From contig CATNEN010000038.1 in the NCBI GenBank assembly GCA_950097015.1, forward strand, positions 20,894,001 to 20,958,000: a stretch of DNA of 64,000 nt, given 5' to 3'. A model generated the notes under the pieces. The model worked only from the letters and a program-made list of their open reading frames with translations. It had not been told where the DNA came from and did no database searches. How positions within the stretch are numbered: position 1 is the first letter of the stretch; every line of letters begins with the position of its first letter. The position numbers and the translations under genes are program-made. Source of the stretch: Macrostomum hystrix (taxonomy: Eukaryota > Animalia > Platyhelminthes). Positions 27,067 through 39,971 of this stretch are shown piece after piece.

Positions 27067-27887
27067 ATTTACCTATTGTTCGTCGATTGGGTTGCAAACG
27101 TAGAGTTCAAGAAAAGTAAACTTATCTACGCATGTCTAGATCTCTAAGTGGCTTTTAAAGTGAAATCTTTCAAATCGCAGGAAAATGTATTTGGCTTCCA
27201 ATTTACAGTTAACGGGTCTAACTTCAATTGTGGAATGTTTCCAATCTTGTCGGCAACAGCAGCTTTCTTGCATTAAAACGAAAAAAAATTGGCCCTGATT
27301 TGCACGCCAGAGGCTTGACTGTGAACATTTCTAGCCACACAGCAACAGGGACTAACTAGGCATGCATCTGTCAATCAAACTGAATATAGGCGCATTGCAG
27401 TGTGACACTATTTTCTGTGTTTTAGAGTGCAGGCATTGGAGACTGTTGCTGATTATCCGCAATAGCTATCTATTTTTTTTACCTTCGGAGCATTTCTTTG
27501 GGGTTAAACAAATCTTATCAGACCACACACGTTTACACGTTTCTTTGGGCGCCTCATTCCTTTTTCTGACTTCTCTGACTCAAACTTAAGATTACGTAAT
27601 AAAGGAAGTGTCAAATTTGAGCACATAATTGTAGATTGGCAATGAAAGAATTTAGGATGCATAGAATAAATCAATAAGTCAGGTAGGCAAGGTGTCGTGG
27701 CTGTGTTTGCTGCCTTATTAATGACGATACAGTGGTGTGAGACAGATTTAAGCTTAAGCAAGACTTAAAGTTTTATTAAGTTAAAGAAATCTATTTTTTA
27801 CGACCGGTGTTCAGTGTTATTGATTTCCTGGAAACAGGGAAATGTAATTTTGTATGAAAGTGACAAATTGACGTAAATGACTTTGTT

Positions 27888-29775
27888 GGATTCAATGATA
27901 TGAGAGTGACAGATCCAAGAAAATGAGAGTGACAGATTCAATGATATGAGAGTGACAGATCCAAAGATATGAGAGTGACAGATTCAATTATATGAGAGTC
28001 ACGGATTCAAAGATATGAGAGTGACAGATTCAATTATATGAGAGTCACGGATTCAAAGATATGAGAGTGACAGATTCAATTATATGAGAGTGACAGATTC
28101 AATTATATGAGAGTCACGGATTCAAAGATATGAGAGTGACAGATTCAATTATATGAGAGTCACGGATTCAAAGATATGAGAGTGACAGATTCAATTATAT
28201 GAGAGTCACGGATTCAAAGATATGAGAGTGACAGATTCAATTATATGAGAGTGACAGATTCAATTATATGAGAGTCACGGATTCAAAGATATGAGAGTGA
28301 CAGATTCAATTATATGAGAGTCACGGATTCAAAGATATGAGAGTGACAGATTCAATTATATGAGAGTCTCGGATACAAAGATATGAGAGTGACAGATTCA
28401 AGGATATGAGAGTGACAGATTCAATGATATGAGAGTGACAGATTCAAGGATATGAGAGTGACAGATTCAAGGATATGAGAGTGACAGATCCAAAGATATG
28501 AGAGTGACAGATTCAATGATATGAGAGTGACAGATCCAAAGATATGAGAGTGACAGATTCAATTATATGAGAGTGACAGATTCAATTATATGAGAGTCAC
28601 GGATTCAAAGATATGAGAGTGACAGATTCAATTATATGAGAGTCACGGATTCAAAGATATGAGAGTGACAGATTCAATTATATGAGAGTGACAGATTCAA
28701 TTATATGAGAGTCACGGATTCAAAGATATGAGAGTGACAGATTCAATTATATGAGAGTCACGGATTCAAAGATATGAGAGTGACAGATTCAATTATATGA
28801 GAGTCTCGGATTCAAAGATATGAGAGTGACAGATTCAATTATATGAGAGTGACAGATTCAATGATATGAGAGTGACAGATTCAAGGATATGAGAGTGACA
28901 GATTCAATGATATGAGAGTGACAGATTCAAGGATATGAGAGTGACAGATTCAATGCTATGAGAGTGACAGATTCAAGGATATGAGAGTGACAGATTCAAG
29001 GATATGAGAGTGACGGATTCAATGATATGAGAGTCACGGATTCAATGATATGGGAGTGACGGATTCAATGATATGAGAGTGACGGATTCAAGGATATGAG
29101 AGTGACAGATTCAAGGATATGAGGGTGACAGATTCAATGATATGAGAGTGACAGATTCAAGGATATGAGAGTGACAGATTCAAGGATATGAGAGTGATAG
29201 ATTCAAGGATATGAGAGTGACAGATTCAATGATATGAGAGTCACGGATTCAATGATATGAGAGTGACGGATTCAAGGATATGAGAGTGACAGATTCAATG
29301 ATATGAGAGTGACAGATTCAAGGATATGAGAGTGACAGATTCAAGGATATGAGAGTGACAGATTCAATGATATGAGAGTGACAGATTCAAGGATATGAGA
29401 GTGACGGATTCAAGGATATGAGAGTGACAGATTCAAGGATATGAGAGTGACAGATTCAATGATATGAGAGTGACAGATTCAAGGATATGAGAGTGACAGA
29501 TTCAAGGATATGAGAGTGACAGATTCAATGATATGAGAGTGACAGATTCAAGGATATGAGAGTGACAGATTCAAAGATATGAGAGTGACAGATTCAAGGA
29601 TATGAGAGTGACAGATTCAAGGATATGAGAGTGACAGATTCAAGGATATGAGAGTGACGGATTCAAGGATATGAGAGTGACGGATTCAAGGATATGAGAG
29701 TGACGGATTCAAGGATATGAGAGTGACAGATTAAAGTAAATGAGAGTGACAGACTAAATCTGAAGAGAGTGACAG
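27888..29775. repeat. 23-bp minisatellite (GAGAGTGACAGATTCAAGGATAT)
   Basis: ~80 units; the 5' half alternates two variants as a 46-bp dimer. Confidence 0.97.
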
Positions 29776-30230
29776 GCAGAGGCAAGGACGGACTGAGTGA
29801 CAGAATCAGAAAGAGCGTGAATCTCTCTTCCAGGCAAACTTTCATTGCAAAAGCAAACGTTCTTAAATGGGCACCTCACGCTGTCTCAACTATAGGCAGT
29901 CGAATTGGGCATAATTAATTTTGACATTCCGTCAGCCAGTTAAGCCACCAAAACTCACTGAGTCGTTCAAAAGCGAGGAATTCCCTCTCCAAAATTGATG
30001 GGAACTTAAGCCAAAGCAGAAAGACAGAGAAGCAGAGCAGAAGGGAGAGAGTGGCACTGCATGCATTTATTAAAGAACAAAAGGACTAACCAGTACGCTA
30101 AATTTCCTGCATTAACAGTTAAATAGAACAGATAGACAGAATCAGCAATAAAAACTGCCAAAATTTCAGATCCGGGACAAGAATCAGCACAGAAAGACAT
30201 TCTCATAGTTTTGGAAGGCCGCTGGAGGGC

Positions 30231-33200
30231 ATGACGACTGCAGGGATTGATTCGACTCCCAGTCGACTGTGTTTTTTATGTCCGGCTAAAGCGTCCACTT
30301 TTTTAGCTTTGTTGCTGTCTACAGTTTCAACTGCACCTTTGGCAGCCCAGGGAGGTATGTTTTATTCATGAGAGGAATTAAAATATTATTTTTAAATATT
30401 CAATTATGGGATAATTGAGGGTGGATGTTGCTGAGATTCGAACTCCGGACCTCCCAGACACAATCGTATAATCTATTATAGGACCGGTGGATAAACAAAT
30501 TAAAAGTACATACGCTCGTAACCTAATTGGTCTTGTTTGAAAACCAAAGTCTAGCAGTAGGGATGCGGGCAATGGCACATCATTTGGTGACACTAGACCC
30601 GCAGCCAGCCAGGAGGCAATTCTGCACATTGAGCTGACTCCTGAGCACACACGCACACAGGTGTGCACATCTGCTCTGAGTTTCCCATCGTCAGGCAGCG
30701 TACACTCTCACTGTACGCGGACTTCAAGGACACAAACAAATGTGCCTGACCGAGCCTGAGCCACTCACCCGCCGACAATGAACCCCTGGATTAAAGTTTT
30801 AAATAGTTGACGCCACCGTTCCAGCCCTTCTGCCGCCAGTCATCACCCGCCAACCGGCAGCCGAGACGCCTTTCATCCTGGGCGAGCCGGTCCGTCTCGA
30901 CTGCGACGCAGCGCCAGCAGGTGGCGTCGAATTCGTCTGGCTAGTCGACGGCCGACCGTTGAATCTGAGCGCCCGCCATCGGCTAGCATCGACATCTGTC
31001 AACGACGGAGATACCAACGGACCAGGCGGAGCTCTAGTCATCGAGGCGCCGGGATCGACTGACGAAGGCGCCTATCAGTGCCTGGCTGGAAACAAATACG
31101 GCTGGGCGGCTAGCCAGGTATCACAGGTGCGCCAGGCCCACCTGATGCCATTCCCCAATGAGCGCCGACCGCCGATCAGGAAACTTGTCGGCGAGAGCCT
31201 CCGACTGCGCTGCGATCCGCCGGCCTCTTATCCTGGCGCCACCGTCATCTGGTACAAGACGGAGGACAGAACCAACCGGCCTAGCACCCTGCCAATGTCC
31301 AACCGGGTCGCCATCCACCCAACGGACGGGTCGCTCCTATTCGCCAACCTGCTGCCGGAGGATGGCAACGCCGGCTACCACTGCGGCGCCAGGAACGACT
31401 TCGTGCGACGCACTGTTGAGAGCAGCGTCCACCAGTTGACTGTCCTGCCGGCTTCGGACGCCGGGGAGACGGCGAAGCTGCAGCGATCGGCAGTCCTGAT
31501 GGCGCAAAGCGAGCTGAAGCCGACAATCCTGGCAAACACCACCGGCGACTTGTTCTGCTTCTTCAGCGGCTACCCGACCCCGGAGATCCGTTGGCGGCGA
31601 ATATTATCAACCGGCGCCGGCGTCGAGATCGGCTCCAGCGAAGGCTCCCAGCTGCTCGAAGCCAACACTCGACTGCAGCTGGTGACGGTGCAGCCGGAAA
31701 CTCATTCGGGCAGCTACCAGTGCTTCGCCGGCAACGGCCTGGGCGAAGTTTCGCAAGCCTCGGCCAGCTTCAACGTTCGAGTTGCGACACCGCCGAAGTG
31801 GATCGTCAAGCCAACTGATGTCGCCGTGGCCGAGGGCGCCGTCAGGCACGCCTTCGAGTGCCGCGCCGAGCCAGCGGACGGTCCGCCCAGGTGGTTCGTC
31901 AACGGCCGGCCTGTGCCGCCGACTCTGCCGTCCAAGCCGCACCTGCTGATCTTCGAGAATCTGACCTCCGCGAAGTCGTCGGTGATTCAGTGCAATTGCA
32001 GCAACGCCTTCGGCTACGCCTTCGCCAATGCGAAGTTGAGTGTGCTCAACCAGGCGCCAGTGTTCACAGCGCCGCCGCCACCAGGCGGTCTCAAAGCAGC
32101 TGCCGGATTAGCCGAGCTGCGCATCCCCTGTCGCACCTTCGCTGCGCCACGGCCGGACATCTGGTGGAGTCGGGACGGTCAGCGACTGCAGGCCGACTCC
32201 GGGCGCTTCAGTCTGGACCCGGCCGGCGACCTGCTGATTCGCGGCCTGAAAATGTCTGACGCCGGGCGGTACAAGTGCGTCGCTAGCAACCGATTCGGCA
32301 GCAGCGAGGCCGAGGGCAGCCTGACGGTGCGCCAGCCGACGGAGATTCGTGTGCCGCCGATGTCGCAGGATGTCTTTGAGGGCGTCGAAGTTCGACTCGC
32401 CTGCACCGCCGTCACGGACGTCAAAGAGGAGGGCAGCCTGACATTGGCCTGGCTGAAGGACGGCAGGCCAGTGGACTTCGGCAGCCGGCCGGGCCTTCTG
32501 CACAGCGGCCAGCACGACGGCGCGCTGGTGATCTCCAGCGCTCGGCCAGCCGACAGCGGCGTGTACTCCTGCAACGCCAGCAACGGCCTCGACTACGATG
32601 TCAAGACCGCCCGTCTACTAGTCCTGGGGCGGCCGGGATCGCCTAGCGAAGTTCGCGTTGACTGCGATGGAGCTCGGGCGAGACTGCGCTGGACACCAGG
32701 CCCGGATAACAATGCCCCAGTGCTGCAGTACAAGGTCGAGTTCAGCACGCAGCATTCGGCGACTATCTGGCATCCGGCTCAGGTCCTTGAAGCATCCGCA
32801 GCCAGCTCTGCTGTCGTCACTCTGCGCCCGAACCTGGCCTACACGTTTCGGGTGCGGGCAGTCAACTCGGTTGGCACCGGCGAGCCCTCGACGCCAACGA
32901 CGGCGCCGCCAGACTGTCGCCAACCTCCGGGCAGGCCGGCTGCCAATCCGGGCGGCCTCCGAGCCGAAGGCAGCCGGCCGCACAGCCTGACGGTGACCTG
33001 GAAGCCGCTGACCACATTGGACTACGGTGCTGAAGGCTTGGTCTACTCGGCGAAGATTCAGTGCATCGACTGCTCCGAGACGCCAAACAGTCGCCAATCG
33101 GACATTGTGGTGCCAAATCCGAGCAGCGACAGTCTGGAGATCACGGAGCTGCGAATCGACGGTAGGACTTACCCGATTGAGACCTACCGGCGGTATCTGG

Positions 33201-36200
33201 TGAGCCTACTCGCCAGGAACTCACAAGGCGAGTCTGAGGCTCCTGCCTCCGAGGCGGTTGGCTACTCAGGCGAGCAGCCGCCGCTACTGGCACCCCGCAA
33301 CCTGCGGGTGGCCACGGAATTCAGCGACTCGCTGACTGCGAGAACTGCTCGACTGGCCTGGCTGCTCGACTTTGATCCGACGATTGACGAACGGGTGGGT
33401 TAAACAGATGGAATTCAACACCTGCTTTACCTGCCTGGGCTTTTTATCACCTGTGCTAGAAATCTACTGAGGCTTCTTATCACCTGTACTAGAAATCTAC
33501 TGAGGCTTCTTATCACCTGTGCTAGAAATCTACTGAGGCTTCTTATCACCTGTGCTAGAAATCTACTGAGGCTTCTTATCACCTGTGCTAGAAATCTACT
33601 GAGGCTTCTTATCACCTGTACTAGAAATCTACTGAGGCTTCTTATCACCTGTGCTAGAAATCTACTGAGGCTTCTTATCACCTGTGCTAGAAATCTACTG
33701 AGGCTTCTTATCACCTGTGCTAGAAACACCTGTATCTATCCACCAACGATTGGACTAATATAGGTACGCGGTTTCTACCGCGGGTTCCGCATAGAATGGT
33801 GCACCCTCAATGCCACGGAGGCCAGCTGCTCAGTAGGGCAGAACCGCAGCCAGGATGTGGTCTATCGTCAGGCGCCCAGACCCGCGTCGCCGCACAGACT
33901 AAGCAGCCAGTTGTCTAGCTCGCCAGCAACATTGCCGCTGCAATTCAACGAAAGCCTGTACCGTCTGCCCGGCGACACGGGCATCAGGGCTTGGGTCCGC
34001 CTGCTCAACAAGCAGTACTCAGGCCCGGCCAGCCGACCCGTCACTTTCTGGACCCTCGAAGGCACACCGGAGCCTGTCAGCGAGTTCGCCCTGTCCCTAA
34101 CAGGTGTCAATCACCTTGAATTCGGCTGGTCTCCGCCGCTGCAGTCCAACGGCCGGCTCTCTGGCTACCAGCTGGCCTATCAGGAGATCCGGGAGCTTCT
34201 GCCTGGCGACATTGTGGCCACGCCTCCGATCAACGACCCGGCGCAGCAGAGGGGCGCCATCAGCGGCCTGAAGCCCAACACCAACTATCGGGTGTACATC
34301 TACGCCAGGACAGCCAAGGGAAACGGGGAGCCAGTATTCTTGGACGTGCGCACGGCGTCTCAGAACAGGCCAGGCGGTTCGGACGCCAGCGGCAGATTGT
34401 TCAGCGTGGCGCCGGTTGGCGAGCGAGCGCTGAATGTCACCTACAGACCTCGCACTGGGTCGCATTCTTTCTTCTATGTACAATACCGGGAGCTGCCAGA
34501 TCCTCAGCAGCAGCAGCAGCACCAGCAGCAGCAGCAATGGGATCAGATGAAGCCGCAGCAGCAGAAGCATCAACAGCAACAGCAGCAGCAGCAGCAGCCG
34601 GCGCCAGCACCGCCGCCGCCAGCTTGGCTGGAGACGAAACGCGAGCTTCAGCAGCGTTGGATTCTCATCGACAATCTGGCGCGCAACGCCTGGTACGAGG
34701 TGCGCGTCATCGCCACGGACGACGTCGCAGCCGCCACCTCCTACACGGAGTCTGTGCGAGCCAGGACCGGCGCCGGTCCGAAGGCCGGCGGGGGCCTCCT
34801 TGACGGCGCCGGGTCCACCTGGCTGGTGTGCATGTCGCTGATCCTGCTAGTCCTGGCGGTCTTCCTGCTGTTCATGTGCTTCGTGAGGCGCAGACGAGGT
34901 CGCGCTGAGTATCGTGAGTGGCGATTGTCTGCTGGGCGTCCTTAAAAAAATTTAGGCTCAGTAGCAGAAGTAACGAGTTTATTAAACGAATAGAAAATAT
35001 AGACGAAGTAAAAGAAGTAACAGATTGATAACAAAAGTATCGATTTGCAAACTTAGTCGCCGTAAGTAACGAGTTTATTAACAAAAGCAACGAAATTCTG
35101 AACGAATACAATGGATTTATTAACAAGGTAATATATTTCTGAACAGAAGCTACAGTTGATAAAAGTAACAGTTTTACAAACATAAGTAACGAATTTATTT
35201 TTTTAAAGTAACGAAGTATTTTACGGAAGTAACGGATATCTGAAAAAGAAAGTAATTTATTAATTAAATAGTGCATAATAATTATTAACAAATTCACAAT
35301 TTCACATGAGTTCATAATCAAAATTTAAAACAACAGAAATAAGTAATGTTATTTTAAAAATGAATTTCAATTTAAAATAACTGACACAGAACCGAATTAC
35401 AGATCGCGGCAAGCCAATATCGGCGGACGACGAAGCCGCGGCCCAGAGAATGTGCTCAGACCAGCTCATGTCGTCACCGGTTGGACAGGGTCAAGCTGGC
35501 TATCAGAAGGGCACCCATCATTCCTACCAGATGCAGCAGCACCAGCGGCATTTGGGAAATTTTAATAACGGCCTCGGACGCGATCCGAAATCATACGGAT
35601 TCTCAGGTATACGGAAGACGGATTGAGAGTGACAGACTGAGAGTGACAGATTAAGAGTGACAGATTGATAGTGAAAGATTGAGAGGGACAGTTGAGAGTG
35701 ACGGATTGAGTGACAAATTAAGAGCAACAGAAAAAGAGTGAGTGACAGATTGAGAGTGAAAGATTGAGAGTGAAAGATTGAGAGTGACGGATTGAGAGTG
35801 ACTGATTGAGAGTGACAGATTGAGAGTGACGGATTGAGAGTGACAGAAAAAGAGTTAGTGGCAGATTGAGAGTGACGGATTGAGAGTGACAGAAAAAGAG
35901 TGAGTGACAGATTGAGAGTGACGGATTGAGAGTGTCAGATTGAGAGTGGCAGATTGAGAGTGACGGATTGAGAGTGGCAGATTGAGAGTGACGGATTGAG
36001 AGTGAAAGATTGAGAGTGACAGAAAAAGATTGAGTGACAGATTGAGAGTGACAGATTGAGAGTGGCAGATTGAGAGTGGCAGATTGAGAGTGACGGATTG
36101 AGAGTGGCAGATTGAGAGTGACGGATTGAGAGTGAAAGATTGAGAGTGACAGAAAAAGATTGAGTGACAGATTGAGAGTGAAAGATTGAGAGTGGCAGAT

Positions 36201-39200
36201 TGAGAGTTACAGATTGAGAGTGGCAGATTGAGAGTGGCAGATTGAGAGTGGCAGATTGAGAGTGACGGATTGAGAGTGAAAGATTGAGAGTGACAGATTG
36301 AGAGTGAAAGATTGAGAGTGACAGATTGAGAGTGAAAGATTTAGAGTGACGGATTGAAAGTGACGGATTGAGAGTGACAGATTGAGAGTGGCAGATTGAG
36401 AGTGACAGATTGAGAGTGACAGATTGAGAGTGAAAGATTGAGAGTGACAGATTGAGAGTGAAAGATTGAGAGTGACAGATTGAGAGTGAAAGATTTAGAG
36501 TGACGGATTGAAAGTGACGGATTGAGAGTGACAGATTGAGAGTGGCAGATTGAGAGTGACAGATTGAGAGTGACAGATTGAGAGTGACAGATTGAGAGTG
36601 GCAGATTGAGAGTGACGGATTGAGAGTGACAGATTGAGAGTGGCAGATTGAGAGTGACGGATTGAGAGTGACAGAAAAAGAGTGAGTGACAGATTGAGAG
36701 TGACGGATTGAGAGTGACAGATTGAGAGTGGCAGATTGAGAGTGGCAGATTGAGAGTGACGGATTGAGAGTGGCAGATTGAGAGTGACGGATTGAGAGTG
36801 ACGGATTGAGAGTGACAGAAAAAGATTGAGTGACAGATTGAGAGTGACAGATTGAGAGTGGCAGATTGAGAGTGACGGATTGAGAGTGGCAGATTGAGAG
36901 TGACAGATTGAGAGTGGCAGATTGAGAGTGACGGATTGAGAGTGACAGATTGAGAGTGACGGATTGAGAGTGACAGATTGAGAGTGGCAGATTGAGAGTG
37001 GCAGATTGAGAGGGACGGATTGAGAGTGGCAGATTGAGAGTGACGGATTGAGAGTGACAGATTGAGAGTGGCAGATTGAGAGTGACGGATTGAGAGTGAC
37101 AGAAAAAGAGTGAGTGACAGATTGAGAGTGAAAGATTGAGAGTGGCAGATTGAGAGTGGCAGATTGAGAGTGACGGATTGAGAGTGACAGATTGAGAGTG
37201 GCAGATTGAGAGTGGCAGATTGAGAGGGACGGATTGAGAGTGGCAGATTGAGAGTGACAGATTGAGAGTGGCAGATTGAGAGTGACGGATTGAGAGTGAC
37301 AGATTGAGAGTGACAGATTGAGAGTGACAGATTGAGAGTGGCAGATTGAGAGTGACGGATTGAGAGTGACAGAAAAAGAGTGAGTGACAGATTGAGAGTG
37401 ACGGATTGAGAGTGACAGATTGAGAGTGGCAGATTGAGAGTGGCAGATTGAGAGTGACGGATTGAGAGTGGCAGATTGAGAGTGACGGATTGAGAGTGAC
37501 GGATTGAGAGTGACAGAAAAAGATTGAGTGACAGATTGAGAGTGACAGATTGAGAGTGGCAGATTGAGAGTGACGGATTGAGAGTGGCAGATTGAGAGTG
37601 ACAGATTGAGAGTGGCAGATTGAGAGTGACGGATTGAGAGTGGCAGATTGAGAGTGGCAGATTGAGAGTGGCAGATTGAGAGTGACGGATTGAGAGTGAA
37701 AGATTGAGAGTGACAGATTGAGAGTGAAAGATTGAGAGTGACAGATTGAGAGTGAAAGATTTAGAGTGACGGATTGAAAGTGACGGATTGAGAGTGACAG
37801 ATTGAGAGTGGCAGATTGAGAATGGCAGATTGAGAGTGACGGATTGAGAGTGACATATCGAGAGTGACAGATTGAGAGTGACAGATTGAGAGTGACGGAT
37901 TGAGAGTGAAGGATTGAGAGTGCCATATAGAAAAAGAGTATTAGTTAACTAGTTAACAGAATGCCACTAAGTGGGAACTCGAACGTGTGAAAGCAACAAT
38001 GGCAGATGACAAAGGCAGATATAGGAAATAGCGACTAGAAAATGATTATTCGCAAAATTAAGTTGTTTAGCGACAACCGACAATCAGTCTGCGCAATTAT
38101 GTTCCGCCATGAATTAAGACCGGCTGCCATTAATAGCAACGACAGTAAAAGCTGGGCCGAAGTGTGAAAAAGTGCTAAAGTCCCGCAGAATTGGGCCAGA
38201 AAGTTCGGGACTGTCCCGCTGTGCCCTGGCAGTACTTAAGCAGCGTTGGCATGAACGCGAATTCGATTCCAAACTTTGATAGGGCCGTTTTGGACGGCTA
38301 GGTGTGACTTAGACGCGGACGGAACGGAGAGGGAAATATCCGTCCGGCTATTTGTTTTTATCATTCGCAGTAAAGCGTGTTCAAGAAAGGCTATTCGCGA
38401 ATGCGATGAATTCAGCAATAGCTTCAGTGTTTAAAGAACAGCTGATTTTAAATCTGATTTTGCACTTCACTGAGTGGGTTGATGAGGGGAGAGAAGGCTG
38501 GGATAGAAGAGGGATAGTAGATGAGGGTAGAAGAGTGAGAAGATGAAGGTAGAAGAGGGAGAGTAGATGAGGGTAGAAGAGAGTGAGAAGATGAAGGTAG
38601 AAGAGGGAGAGTAGTAGATGAGGGTAGAAGAGGGAGAGTAGATGAGGGTAGAAGAGAGTGAGAAGATGAAGGTAGAAGAGGGAGAGTAGATGAGGGTAGA
38701 AGAGAGTGAGAAGATGAAGGTAGAAGAGGGAGAGTAGTAGATGAGGGTAGAAGAGGGAGAGTAGATGAGGGTAGAAGAGAGTGAGAAGATGAAGGTAGAA
38801 GAGGGAGAGTAGATGAGGGTAGAAGAGAGTGAGAAGATGAAGGTAGAAGAGGGAGAGTAGATGAGGGTAGAAGAGGGAGAGTAGATGAGGGTAGAAGAGA
38901 GTGAGAAGATGAAGGTAGAAGAGGGAGAGTAGATGAGGGTAGAAGAGAGTGAGAAGATGAAGGTAGAAGAGGGAGAGTAGATGAGGGTAGAAGAGAGTGA
39001 GAAGATGAGGGTAGACGAGGAAGAGCAGATGAGGGTAGAAGAGGGAGAGCAGATGAGGGTAGAAGAGGAAGAGCAGATGAGGGTAGAAGAGGGAGAGTAG
39101 ATGAGGGTAGAAGAGGGAGAGTAGATGAGGGTTGAAGAGAGTGAGAAGATGAGGGTAGAAGAGGGAGAGCAGATGATGGCAGAAGAGGGAGAATAGATGA

Positions 39201-39756
39201 GGGTAGAAGTGGGAGAGTAGATGAGGGTAGAAGAGGGAGAGTAGATGAGGGTAGAAGTGGGAGAGTAGATGAGGGTAGAAGAGGGAGAGTAGATGAGGGT
39301 AGAAGAGAGTGAGAAGATGAGGGTAGAAGAGGGAGAATACTACCCTGTTCTAAAATAGGGTCTTAGAAAGACCTGTAGAAAAAATAATTATAAAGCAGAA
39401 ACAGGTTAAGCTGCACGGAAGGATTAAGCAAGGAGTTGGCAATAAAAAGTGCCGTAACCAACCCAACTCAAAACTCAGATTATCCTCAAACTCTAACCAA
39501 CGGAGCCTGCGACTCAAGTTCAACAATCACCATGGCGATGCAGTGCAGCGGCAGCAAGGATTCGTCGGGTTATTCAACAATTCGCGGTCCAGTGATTCCA
39601 ATTAGCGAGCTACCCGGCTGTGTGACAGTTGGCGGTGCGTCCGGGACACTAGGCTATCAGCAGCAGCAGTATCTGCATATGGGCGCCATGCCATATAGAG
39701 ATCCGACAGTACAAACAATGGCTAGTGCAACCACCAATGCAACTACAATGATTTAG
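30231..39756 (+). CDS. L1CAM/neuroglian/NrCAM-family cell adhesion molecule (signal peptide, 6 Ig, 5 FN3, TM, cytoplasmic tail), ~1447 aa, 5 coding exons
   Basis: Exons 30231-30354 (MTTAG...FLALLLSTVSTAPLAAQG, signal peptide), 30807-33394, 33764-34913, 35403-35606, 39479-39756; all GT-AG, phase-consistent, 4344 nt. Six Ig Cys pairs (LDC..YQC, LRC..YHC, LFC..YQC, FEC..IQC, IPC..YKC, LAC..YSC), FN3 motifs (LRWTPGPDNNAPVLQYKVEF, YTFRVRAVNSVGTG, VRGFYRGFRIEW, GLKPNTNYRVYIYART), TM WLVCMSLILLVLAVFLLFMCFV then RRRR. The last two exons are less certain than the ectodomain. Confidence 0.9.
30556..30712 (-). mobile_element. 3' half of SINE family A, in neuroglian-like intron 1
   Basis: GCGGGCAATGGCACATCATTTGGTGACACTAGAC and GAGCACACACGCACACAG shared with 25566-25661. 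Confidence 0.78.
33443..33726. repeat. 33-bp intronic minisatellite (TTATCACCTGTGCTAGAAATCTACTGAGGCTTC)
   Basis: ~8.5 units filling most of neuroglian-like intron 2. Confidence 0.96.
35620..37925. repeat. 14-bp intronic minisatellite (GATTGAGAGTGACA)
   Basis: ~160 units starting about 14 nt after the donor of neuroglian-like intron 4. Confidence 0.97.
38475..39340. repeat. Purine-rich ~24/26-bp minisatellite (GTAGATGAGGGTAGAAGAGGGAGA)
   Basis: Second array in neuroglian-like intron 4. Confidence 0.95.
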
Positions 39757-39971
39757 CCGACTTTGATAATAACTAAGACACTGTTTTAATTGTCGTCTAA
39801 AGAAACGCATTCAGTTTTGGCTGTTTAGTACAGAAAAAACGCGTGATCAAACTCGGACTTTAAGCATTCAAAATACTCAGATTGAAAATATGCCATTTTT
39901 CGATCATACTACTGAAAAAAAAGTGAGTAGTACGCGATGAAAGTAGCTCCCATCTGGACCATGATTTATCT

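Noticed and set aside
1798-29845. Long ORFs such as 7094-8377, 9899-11554, 16905-18491, 21281-21944, 21984-22925 and 3526-4495
   Set aside because: Translations of stop-free tandem repeats, open in several frames or strands at once, with no splice or domain support.
30799-34803. Antisense and alternate-frame ORFs overlapping the neuroglian-like exons
   Set aside because: Shadow ORFs of GC-rich coding sequence.
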